This document shows, in pieces, positions 8,584-16,670 of a stretch of 32,000 nucleotides of DNA; positions within the stretch are counted from its first letter, which is position 1, and each line of letters starts with the position of its first letter. Position numbers and translations under genes: made by a program. Below the pieces are notes generated by a model, which saw nothing but the letters and a program-made list of their open reading frames with translations, made no database searches and was not told the DNA's origin. Location: positions 1 through 32,000 of the forward strand of contig NZ_ABCQ01000035.1 of the NCBI RefSeq assembly GCF_000170855.1, given 5' to 3'. Origin of the DNA: Moritella sp. PE36. GTDB taxonomy: Bacteria > Pseudomonadota > Gammaproteobacteria > Enterobacterales > Moritellaceae.

Positions 8584-8849
8584 CCTTTCTGCGTTAAAGA
8601 AGTTACTCACTTATAATATATTCATATCGATTTGTCATATATTTTCTCATGCATTATTTATAAGGTATCCACCTGCACTTAAACGCTTAATAAATTAAAC
8701 TGACAAAACTACCGTTTTATCCAAAAAAACATACGATTTTTCAATTGCACATTTAATTGTGTCCCCCAGTGTTATTTGATAATAGTATTCTCGTTTTGCC
8801 AGTTAATTCAGCTCGGTTTAAAATGAAAAAAGAAATGCTGCCACTATAA

Positions 8850-9861
8850 TAATCATGGATGTAAGGCATACAGAATCGGTAGTAACCTCCCTAAAAACGG
8901 GGGGGACATTCCAGAAATCACGTAACTAACCTCATCATAGAAACGATCAATGACCAAATTAAAAACATCTCTAAAATTGAGCATTATCGCCATCGAAGCT
9001 TGCATGGTGTTATGTTGAACTTGCTGGTTGGTCCGGTTGCGTATTGCCTAAAACCGATCTGATGTTGAGTATTAACAGCATGACATATATCCTTGATCGC
9101 CCCATCATTCGTCCCCAGTGTTGTGCTGAAGTATTTGCATAATGCATAATGCAATATGTACTTTGTTATATCGCATTGCAAATTGCGAATTATACATTTC
9201 AAACTACGATTTTATTGTTTCTTGAGAACACTTCTAAGTTAGCCCATCATCATTCTACATTACCAATCATCGTGCTACCTCTGATAACCGAGATCCTTTA
9301 ACTACATTGAAGTTCATATAGATAGGATATTCTTCTTCATTCGTTGAAACTAATGCTATGAAAAGGGTCTTATTTTCGGAGCCTCGCACTCGCTTCCCAC
9401 CATGACGTTCACTGTCATAATAAACATCATCTACTTGAATGACACCAGATAGTAGTCGCTTGTCATCCCGCTATTTCATGATCTGCATGGTTTTTTGCTT
9501 AATTCTTCAAGCTGAATTGTAAGAGGCACCAATTTGATGTTTAAGTGATAATGCTTATATGCCAATTTAAACTTGAATGCTTAATAAACACTTATAAAAC
9601 AATTCATTACAGGTCATGTTGAATATTTGGACATTGTGTTAGTGATAACAGACGTTTGGTGGTGACTGCGATTACATTGATAAATATTTCTTGATTTTAA
9701 TGAGCAATAGCGATGAGAAGAGCATGCAAGACAGATAAAACCATCAGGCCATTTCCAGTTGAACAGAGCCTCAATACATTGTTCTTCTGAGGCATAATCT
9801 TTGAATAGTTCCAGTAAACTATACCCTTGGTGCTGCTGAGTTTACTTTTTCTCGTAGCCAT
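8850..9861 (-). mobile_element. degraded IS1595-family (ISXO2-like) transposase pseudogene
   Basis: Minus-strand translation across several frames gives MATRKSKLSSTKG.., ELFKDYASEEQCIEALFNWKWPDGFICLACSSHRYCSLKSRNIYQCNRSHHQTSVITNT (zinc-ribbon N-terminus), IGASYNSA.RIKQKTMQI, RDDKRLLSGVIQVDDVYYDSERHGGKRVRGSENKTLFIALVSTNEEEYPIYMNFNVVKGSR, and PPRF.GGYYRF (cf. LPRYLAEFCYRFNRR). Many stops and frameshifts. The lower boundary is approximate. Confidence 0.65.
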
Positions 9862-10169
9862 AATCTTCACAACGTATCACTATAAATATAGTTTTTTTGA
9901 GTTAATAGTGGTTGAGTTAAGTGGGTAACCAGGAAGTCTTATTCATTAAAATTTTCCAGTTGGCGTAAACATTGCTTCTTTTAGAATTGAAGATCGGTTT
10001 TCGTGAAGCTATAAACCGCGCTTTGCCAAAAGGATATCGAGCCATCGGTAATCTCAATCGATTAATTATAGTAATGTATTTTTACCACTAATTCACTAGC
10101 TTTTGTATGATTATTGTAACAATTAACATTTATTTTTTATGCATCTAATCTATAAACATAAAGCTAACC

Positions 10170-13100
10170 ATGCCGAATGATAATAAATTGATTTTAAAGG
10201 GGTTAATAGTGAATTCAATACTAAAGAATTGGCTTTTTGTTCTGCTTTCGTTTGCATTGTTTGGTTGTAATGATCCAAATGGTAGCACAATGAAACGTGT
10301 TATTTATGTCGACGAAAATTCACAAGTTGAATTAACATCAGCTTATGTAGCAACCTCCAATACTGACCATATTGAATGGCGACAAATTAGTGGTAAATCG
10401 ATTGAATTGTCGGATGTTAATAGTTCTACGTTAGTGTTCTTCTCACCAACGACAGAGACTAAATTAACATTGGAGTTTGAGTCTACGGTACTTAGCTCTG
10501 TAGGTAATATGGTTACGGAAATTGTGACAGTGGTGGTGGTTCCTTACATCACAGGATTAGTGATAGATGACCCTCTTATTGGTGCAACAGTTCGCTTATT
10601 ATCATTCGACAGTTCAACAGAACATGCAAGTACAATTACAGATGAAAATGGACGTTACCGCTTTTCCAATACTCTAAATCTAAACAGATATAAGCTAGTG
10701 GTTGATGCTCAGACTGGTTTCATGTCTGATGGCTCTGTGTTTGAAGCCGAAATGAAGGCTGTATGTATTAATAGTACTGAACGTCATGATTGTAACATTA
10801 CACCTATTAGTACCTTTATTGCACACCACCTTGAGCAAACAGCCGATATGGAATCGAAAGAAGAGGCTGTAGTTCAAATAGAGCTGGCATGGAATATAGA
10901 CTTATCTCTAGACCCTTTTGTCCATGAAATACCTGAGATAAATACGGGCAGTACATTTAAGGCGGATGATATTCGCATATTTTTGGATAATGGTCGACAG
11001 ATTTCTACATGGCTAGACAATATGTCTGCTCATGTTACCCAAATTATTGAACAAGAGGAAATTCTCCCAGCAGAACAAGATGATATTAATAGCTGGATTG
11101 ATTTCAAGCGTGAAGCTGGTATCCCACTCATCGCTGGGCCTACAGTTAATAAATCTGTGGGTGATATGGGATATCGACAAGAGGCAACCGCAGGGAATGG
11201 AGGTGCAATAACCTATACTTCATCCGATCACGCGGTAGCTATGGTTGATAGCAGTGGTAATGTAACAGTCTTAGATGCGGGTACTGCAACAATCACAGCG
11301 ATAGAAGCACAAAGTATGAAATACCTAAGCCAAAACGATGCATACACCTTAATCGTAGCACGAGGTGATGGCACTCTATTGAGTGCAGGGACTGACATCA
11401 GTAAAACCACCGATGATGGATCCTTTACTCAAGTAGCTTCTGGCGGCAACGGGGGCGCTATTACCTACGCTTCATCCGATACGGCTGTTGCCACTGTGAA
11501 CGATAGCGGCGTGGTCACGCTTGTTGGCGCGGGCGAAACCACTGTTACTGCCAGCGAAGCACAAACCGCGAGTTACCTGACTCAAAACGACGCATACACC
11601 TTAACCGTAACACGAGGTGATGGTACGCTATTGAGAGCTGGGACTGACATCAGTAAAACCACCGATGATGGATCCTTTACTCAAGCCGCTTCTGGCGGCA
11701 ACGGGGGCGCTATTACCTACGCGTCATCCGATACAGCTGTTGCCACGGTGAACGATATCGGCGTGGTCACGCTGGTTGGCGCGGGTGAAACTACTGTGAC
11801 TGCCAGTGAAGCGCAAACCGTTAATTACCTGACTCAAAGCGATGCGTACACCTTAACCGTAGCTCGCGGTGATGGCACTGGATTAAATGCAGGCGTGGAC
11901 ATGAATAAAACCACCGATGATGCATCCTTTACTCAAGCCGCTTCTGGCGGCAACGGGGGCGCTATTACCTACGCGTCATCCGATATGGCTGTTGCCATGG
12001 TGAACGATACCGGCGTCGTCACGCTGGTTAGCGCGGGTGAAACCTCTATTACTGCCAGCGAAGCGCAAACCGCGAATTACCAGACTCAAAACGACGCATA
12101 TACCTTAACCGTAACACGAGGTGATGGCTCGCTATTGAGTGCAGGGACTGACATCAGTAAAACCACCGATGATGGATCATTTACTCAAGCAGCTTCTGGC
12201 GGCAACGGGGGCGCTATTACCTACGCGTCATCTGATACGGCTGTTGCCACGGTAAACGATACCGGCGTCGTCACGCTGGTTGGCGCGGGCGAAACCACTG
12301 TTACTGCCAGCGAAGCACAAACCGCGAATTACCTGACTCAAAACGATGCATACACCTTAACCGTAGTACGAGGTGATGGCACTGGATTAAATGCAGGCGT
12401 GGACATGAATAAAACCACCGATGATGCATCCTTTACTCAAGCCGCTTCTGGCGGCAACGGGGGCGCTATTACCTACGCTTCATCCGATACGGCTGTTGCC
12501 ACTGTGAACGATAGCGGCGTGGTCACGCTTGTTGGCGCGGGCGAAACCACTGTTACTGCCAGCGAAGCACAAACCGCGAGTTACCTGACTCAAAACGACG
12601 CATATACCTTAACCGTAACACGAGGTGATGGTACGCTATTGAGAGCTGGGACTGACATCAGTAAAACCACCGATGATGGATCCTTTACTCAAGCCGCTTC
12701 TGGCGGCAACGGGGGCGCTATTACCTACGCGTCATCCGATATGGCTGTTGCCATGGTGAACGATACCGGCGTCGTCACGCTGGTTAGCGCGGGTGAAACC
12801 TCTATTACTGCCAGCGAAGCGCAAACCGCGAATTACCAGACTCAAAACGACGCATATACCTTAACCGTAACACGAGGTGATGGCTCGCTATTGAGTGCAG
12901 GGACTGACATCAGTAAAACCACCGATGATGGATCCTTTACTCAAGCAGCTTCTGGCGGCAACGGGGGCGCTATTACCTACGCGTCATCTGATACGGCTGT
13001 TGCCACGGTGAACGATATCGGCGTCGTCACGCTGGTTGGCGCGGGCGAAACCACTGTTACTGCCAGCGAAGCACAAACCGCGAATTACCAGACTCAACAC

Positions 13101-15032
13101 GACGCATATACCTTAACCGTAACACGAGGTGATGGCTCGCTATTGAGTGCAGGGACTGACATCAGTAAAACCACCGATGATGCATCCTTTACTCAAGCCG
13201 CTTCTGGCGGCAACGGGGGCGCTGTTACCTACGCTTCATCCGATACGGCTGTTGCCACGGTAAACGATACCGGCGTGGTCACGCTGGTTGGCGCGGGTGA
13301 AACTACTGTGACTGCCAGTGAAGCGCAAACCGTTAATTACCTGACTCAAAACGATGCATACACCTTAATCGTAGCACGCGGTGATGGCACTCTATTGAGT
13401 GCAGGGACTGACATCAGTAAAACCACCGATGATGCATCCTTTACTCAAGTAGCTTCTGGCGGCAACGGGGGCGCTATTACCTACGCTTCATCTGATACGG
13501 CTGTCGCCACGGTGAACGATATCGGCGTGGTCACGCTGGTTGGCGCGGGCGAAACCACTGTTACTGCCAGTGAAGCGCAAACCGTTAATTACCTGACTCA
13601 AAACGATGCGTACACCTTAACCGTAGCTCGCGGTGATGGCACTGGATTAAATGCAGGCGTGGACATGAATAAAACCACCGATGATGGATCCTTTACTCAA
13701 GCAGCTTCTGGCGGTAACGGGGGCGCTATTACCTACGCGTCATCTGATATGGCTGTTGCCACTGTGAACGATATCGGCGTCGTCACGCTGGTTGGCGCGG
13801 GCGAAACCACTGTTACTGCCAGCGAAGCACAAACCGCGAGTTACCTGACTCAACACGACGCATATACCTTAACCGTAGTACGAGGTGATGGCTCGCTATT
13901 GAGTGCAGGGACTGACATCAGTAAAACCACCGATGATGGATCCTTTACTCAAGCCGCTTCTGGCGGCAACGGGGGCGCTATTACCTACGCTTCATCCGAT
14001 ACGGCTGTTGCCACGGTAAACGATAGCGGCGTCGTCACGCTGGTTGGCGCGGGTGAAACTACTGTGACTGCCAGTGAAGCGCAAACCGTTAATTACCTGA
14101 CTCAAAACGATGCATACACCTTAATCGTAGCACGCGGTGATGGCACTCTATTGAGTGCAGGGACTGACATCAGTAAAACCACCGATGATGCATCCTTTAC
14201 TCAAGTAGCTTCTGGCGGTAACGGGGGCGCTATTACCTACGCGTCATCTGATACGGCTGTCGCCACGGTGAACGATATCGGCGTTGTCACGCTGGTTAGC
14301 GCGGGTGAAACCACTGTTACTGCCAGCGAAGCACAAACCGCGAACTACCTGACTCAAAACGACGCATACACCTTGATAGTGACTCAAGCATCACAAAGAG
14401 TGGAAAGCATTAACTCGAATTTATTTGCTTTTGCCGCACTGCATTCCGACGGATCAGTGACCACCTGGGGGAGTAGCTCCAATGGTGGCGATAGCACGAG
14501 TGTGAGCGACAAGCTTGATGGCAGCAAGCCAGTCGTCAAGGTTGACTCGAATCGCTTTGCTTTTGCCGCACTGCATTCCGACGGTTCAGTGACAACCTGG
14601 GGTGGTGGCTCTTTCGGTGGCGACAGCTCGAGCGTGAGTGACAAGCTTGATGGCAGCAAGCAAGTCGTCAAGGTTGACTCGAATTTCTTTGCTTTTGCCG
14701 CACTATATTCCGACGGTTCAGTGATAACCTGGGGGAATGGCTCTCACGGTGGCGATAGCAGCAGTGTGAGCGACAAGCTTGATGGCAGCAAGCCAGTCGT
14801 CAAAGTTGACTCTACTACCTTTGCTTTTGCCGCACTGCATTCCGACGGTTCAGTGACAACCTGGGGGAATGGCGCTTACGGTGGCGATAGTACGAGTGTG
14901 AGTGACAAGCTTGATGGCAGCAAGCCAGTCGTTAAGGTTGACTCGACTGAGGGCGGTTTTGCCGCACTGTACTCCGACGGTTCAGTGACCACCTGGGGGG
15001 GGGCTCTTACGGTGGCGATAGCACGAGTGTGA
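10170..15032 (+). CDS. giant repeat surface lipoprotein/adhesin, upstream reading frame (1,620 aa as read)
   Basis: Signal and lipobox-like ...WLFVLLSFALFGC/NDP. An alternative GTG start at 10209 has AAAGGGG upstream. Carboxypeptidase-regulatory-like segment (GLVIDDPLIGATVRLL...TDENGRYRF). 13 Ig-like (Big_2-type) units, then WG/GGD 44-aa units. The frame ends at TGA 15030-15032, just after the G9 run. Confidence 0.8.
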   Translation: MPNDNKLILKGLIVNSILKNWLFVLLSFALFGCNDPNGSTMKRVIYVDENSQVELTSAYVATSNTDHIEWRQISGKSIELSDVNSSTLVFFSPTTETKLTLEFESTVLSSVGNMVTEIVTVVVVPYITGLVIDDPLIGATVRLLSFDSSTEHASTITDENGRYRFSNTLNLNRYKLVVDAQTGFMSDGSVFEAEMKAVCINSTERHDCNITPISTFIAHHLEQTADMESKEEAVVQIELAWNIDLSLDPFVHEIPEINTGSTFKADDIRIFLDNGRQISTWLDNMSAHVTQIIEQEEILPAEQDDINSWIDFKREAGIPLIAGPTVNKSVGDMGYRQEATAGNGGAITYTSSDHAVAMVDSSGNVTVLDAGTATITAIEAQSMKYLSQNDAYTLIVARGDGTLLSAGTDISKTTDDGSFTQVASGGNGGAITYASSDTAVATVNDSGVVTLVGAGETTVTASEAQTASYLTQNDAYTLTVTRGDGTLLRAGTDISKTTDDGSFTQAASGGNGGAITYASSDTAVATVNDIGVVTLVGAGETTVTASEAQTVNYLTQSDAYTLTVARGDGTGLNAGVDMNKTTDDASFTQAASGGNGGAITYASSDMAVAMVNDTGVVTLVSAGETSITASEAQTANYQTQNDAYTLTVTRGDGSLLSAGTDISKTTDDGSFTQAASGGNGGAITYASSDTAVATVNDTGVVTLVGAGETTVTASEAQTANYLTQNDAYTLTVVRGDGTGLNAGVDMNKTTDDASFTQAASGGNGGAITYASSDTAVATVNDSGVVTLVGAGETTVTASEAQTASYLTQNDAYTLTVTRGDGTLLRAGTDISKTTDDGSFTQAASGGNGGAITYASSDMAVAMVNDTGVVTLVSAGETSITASEAQTANYQTQNDAYTLTVTRGDGSLLSAGTDISKTTDDGSFTQAASGGNGGAITYASSDTAVATVNDIGVVTLVGAGETTVTASEAQTANYQTQHDAYTLTVTRGDGSLLSAGTDISKTTDDASFTQAASGGNGGAVTYASSDTAVATVNDTGVVTLVGAGETTVTASEAQTVNYLTQNDAYTLIVARGDGTLLSAGTDISKTTDDASFTQVASGGNGGAITYASSDTAVATVNDIGVVTLVGAGETTVTASEAQTVNYLTQNDAYTLTVARGDGTGLNAGVDMNKTTDDGSFTQAASGGNGGAITYASSDMAVATVNDIGVVTLVGAGETTVTASEAQTASYLTQHDAYTLTVVRGDGSLLSAGTDISKTTDDGSFTQAASGGNGGAITYASSDTAVATVNDSGVVTLVGAGETTVTASEAQTVNYLTQNDAYTLIVARGDGTLLSAGTDISKTTDDASFTQVASGGNGGAITYASSDTAVATVNDIGVVTLVSAGETTVTASEAQTANYLTQNDAYTLIVTQASQRVESINSNLFAFAALHSDGSVTTWGSSSNGGDSTSVSDKLDGSKPVVKVDSNRFAFAALHSDGSVTTWGGGSFGGDSSSVSDKLDGSKQVVKVDSNFFAFAALYSDGSVITWGNGSHGGDSSSVSDKLDGSKPVVKVDSTTFAFAALHSDGSVTTWGNGAYGGDSTSVSDKLDGSKPVVKVDSTEGGFAALYSDGSVTTWGGALTVAIARV
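11115..14388 (+). repeat. 13 tandem in-frame 252-bp (84-aa) units: Big_2-like Ig domain plus linker
   Basis: Unit: GDG(T/S)LLSAGTDISKTTDD(G/A)SFTQ(A/V)ASGGNGGAITYASSDTAVATVND.GVVTLVGAGETTVTASEAQT..YLTQNDAYTLTV.R. GGTGATGG phase markers at 11364, 11616 and 11868 give a period of exactly 252 bp. Array boundaries are approximate. Confidence 0.9.
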
Positions 15033-15715
15033 GCGACAAGCTTGATGGTAGCAATCCAGTCGTTAAGGTTGACTCGACTGACAGAGGTTTTGCCGCACTG
15101 CATTCCGACGGTTCAGTGACCACCTGGGGGGATGGCTCTGACGGTGGTGATAGCAGCAGTGTGAGCGACATGCTTGATGGCAGCAAGCCTGTCGTCAAGC
15201 TTGACTCGACTGGTTATGCTTTTGCCGCACTGCACTCTGACGGTTCAGTGACCACCTGGGGGTTTAACTCTGGCGGTGGTGATAGCAGCAGTGTGAGCGA
15301 CATGCTTGATGGCAGCAAGCCAGTCGTCAAGGTTGACTCGACTCGCTATGCTTTTGCCGCACTGCACTCTGACGGTTCAGTGACCACCTGGGGGGATGAA
15401 AGGTACGGTGGCGATAGCAGCAGTGTGAGCGACAAGCTTGATGGCAGCAAGCCAGTCGTCAAAGTTGACTCTACTAGCTATGCTTTTGCCGCACTGCATT
15501 CCGACGGTTCAGTGACAACCTGGGGGCATAGTTCTTACGGTGGCGATAGCAGCAGTGTGAGCGACAAGCTTGATGGCAGTAAGTCAGTTGTTAAGGTTGA
15601 CTCGACTGGCTATGCTTTTGCCGCACTGCACTCCGACGGTTCAGTGACCACCTGGGGGTATGGAACTTTCGGTGGCGATAGCACTAGCGTGAACGCAAAA
15701 TTAACAGGCACGTTA
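14415..15715 (+). repeat. 10 tandem 132-bp (44-aa) WG/GGD units (RCC1-like/beta-propeller-like by inference)
   Basis: Unit: S..(F/Y)AFAALHSDGSVTTWG....GGDS(S/T)SVSDKLDGSKPVVKVD. TTTGCTTTTGCC at 14424 and 14556 gives a period of 132 bp. The array runs straight across the frame break at 14995-15003. Confidence 0.85.
14995..15003 (+). repeat. G9 homopolymer at the frameshift point of the adhesin gene
   Basis: ACC ACC TGG GGG GGG GCT CTT ACG... Paralogous units read TGG GGG nnn GGC TCT TAC GGT GGC GAT. G10 would restore ...TTWGGGSYGGDSTSVSDKL... in frame. Confidence 0.95.
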
Positions 15716-16009
15716 AGCGATTACTATGATTACCACGACACTGATAGAGACGGCATACCAAATATCGATGAATTAGGTACATGTAGTGTGCCATATTCCA
15801 TAGCATCAGAAGACTTAGGTCACCCCCCTTGCCAAAGCGCTGGGGAGCCAGATTCGGATGGAGATGGCGTTTGGGATAACGTTGAAGGCACGAATGGCTC
15901 GAATCCATTGAAAGCATCGTATCAGGACTCAAATAATGATGCCAACGGAGATGGTTCACCAGATAGTTGGATATTGCCTGATGATGGCCTGAATGTACCA
16001 ATTCTATAG
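15029..16009 (+). CDS. downstream reading frame of the same adhesin gene (326 aa from the track; frame is open from the G9 run)
   Basis: Continues the 44-aa units in register, then a Ca-binding tail with thrombospondin-type-3-like DxDxDG motifs (DTDRDGIPNIDE, DSDGDGVWDNVE, DANGDGSPD). The track 'start' is an internal GTG with no independent SD. Confidence 0.75.
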   Translation: MSDKLDGSNPVVKVDSTDRGFAALHSDGSVTTWGDGSDGGDSSSVSDMLDGSKPVVKLDSTGYAFAALHSDGSVTTWGFNSGGGDSSSVSDMLDGSKPVVKVDSTRYAFAALHSDGSVTTWGDERYGGDSSSVSDKLDGSKPVVKVDSTSYAFAALHSDGSVTTWGHSSYGGDSSSVSDKLDGSKSVVKVDSTGYAFAALHSDGSVTTWGYGTFGGDSTSVNAKLTGTLSDYYDYHDTDRDGIPNIDELGTCSVPYSIASEDLGHPPCQSAGEPDSDGDGVWDNVEGTNGSNPLKASYQDSNNDANGDGSPDSWILPDDGLNVPIL

Positions 16010-16031
16010 AGTGACAATAATTAATCCGATG

Positions 16032-16079
16032 TTAGAGTCAAAGATACCTATCAGCCTGACTCTAATATCGGTGTTTTTT
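16032..16079 (+). terminator. possible terminator hairpin after the adhesin gene
   Basis: TTAGAGTCA (16032-16040) / TGACTCTAA (16057-16065): 9-bp stem with a 16-nt loop; T6 at 16074-16079 but 8 nt from the stem. Non-canonical. Confidence 0.3.
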
Positions 16080-16427
16080 AAGACAGTTGGCACTCATTTA
16101 GCTAATTTTTATACCGCTTCTTTCATCAGTTTATCTGAAACTGAATTTACTGCTGACATATCCTTTAAAACTATCGCTGCGCTACATTATGTAAGCAATT
16201 ACGGGAGCTATTTTGAGATAGCTAGAGATATTGACATGGATAGCATGAATAGTAGGGGGGTGACTTGTCGGAGAGCGTTTCCACACAGTACTCAGGAAAA
16301 ATAAACGTTTCATTTGAGGAGTTACAATCTATCGAAACCATTGAACCTATAATGCAGAACTTAATTGATGGCGACCAGTATCAATCGTGTTAGATATTGA
16401 TATGGCAACAATAGTCGAAACTGTTGC

Positions 16428-16553
16428 ATAATAAAAGCATTTAAGAGGGATTTAAAACGCGTGGCATTCGCGATTTGAATCCACTTTTGTGTTTACGGTG
16501 GTCAAATTCAGTTTTGGGGTAGGCATTTTCCACCCCTTAATGCGGCGTTGGTA
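16428..16553 (+). other. attC-like integron recombination site, VCR-like, ~126 bp
   Basis: ATAATAAAAGCATTTAAGAGGGATTTAAAACGCGTGGCATTCGCGATTTGAATCCAC...CCACCCCTTAATGCGGCGTTGGTAA. The 5' arm (GCATTTAAGAGGG) pairs imperfectly with the 3' arm (CCCCTTAATGC). Length and both ends resemble the Vibrio cholerae repeat as I recall it (..AACAAACGCCTCAAGAGGGACTGTCAACGCGTGGCGTTTCC...CCCCTTAGGCGGGCGTTA). Confidence 0.6.
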
Positions 16554-16559
16554 ATTTGC

Positions 16560-16581
16560 CCATACTTTCTGTAATGCGAAC
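16560..16581 (+). repeat. 22-bp repeat core CCATACTTTCTGTAATGCGAAC (copy 2)
   Basis: 21/22 identical to 6508-6529. It starts 7 nt after the GTTGGTA end of the attC-like site. Confidence 0.7.
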
Positions 16582-16601
16582 CGTGTGCTTTGAAGTTTAT
16601 A

Positions 16602-16670
16602 CTCTAAGCCATTTTTTCCAACTTCGGCTTAGAGCAATAGCGCTAAGCCGTTTCTGCCCATCACGTTAGA
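16602..16670 (+). repeat. GGCTTAG/CTAAGCC hairpin module (three interlocking arms)
   Basis: CTCTAAGCC (16602-16610), GGCTTAGAG (16626-16634) and CGCTAAGCC (16641-16649): the middle arm can pair with either flank. Followed by ...CACGTTAGAG. Homologous in inverse orientation to 8526-8583. Confidence 0.65.

Noticed and set aside
8984-9202. 72-aa minus-strand ORF as an independent gene
   Set aside because: Its sequence (..GTNDGAIKDICHAVNTQHQIG..TGPTSKF..) is one frame-piece of the eroded IS1595-family transposase.
10101-10125. TTGTAAC (10114-10120), matching the E. coli Ter core GTTGTAAC, as a Ter site near the tus gene
   Set aside because: The 7-mer also occurs at about 7,320 and 17,343 in unrelated contexts. 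About 4 chance hits are expected in 64 kb of two strands. The flanks do not match the extended Ter consensus.
11115-14388. Diversity-generating retroelement (TR/VR) as the source of variation between Ig-like units
   Set aside because: No reverse transcriptase gene is present in the window. The substitutions I saw between units (for example acg/atg, ggc/agc, acc/atc) are not restricted to adenine positions. Variation looks like shuffling of whole-unit alleles.
14384-15198. Minus-strand ORFs 14384..14671, 14876..15103 and 15007..15198 (LPSSLSLTL...PPQVVTEPSE... repeats)
   Set aside because: They are antisense shadows of the 44-aa repeat array. They repeat with the same period, have no starts with SD, and overlap a much better supported + strand gene.
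11115-15715. Could the regular 252-bp and 132-bp tandem repeats be a CRISPR array or a non-coding satellite?
   Set aside because: The periods are multiples of 3, there are no unique spacers, and the whole array is one open reading frame with domain-like protein units. These are coding repeats, not CRISPR.
15993-16304. 103-aa + strand ORF immediately after the adhesin gene
   Set aside because: It overlaps the adhesin stop and has no SD, no recognisable domain, and a low-complexity hydrophobic/AT-driven composition. Its only interest is the G6 tract near its end, noted in the findings.
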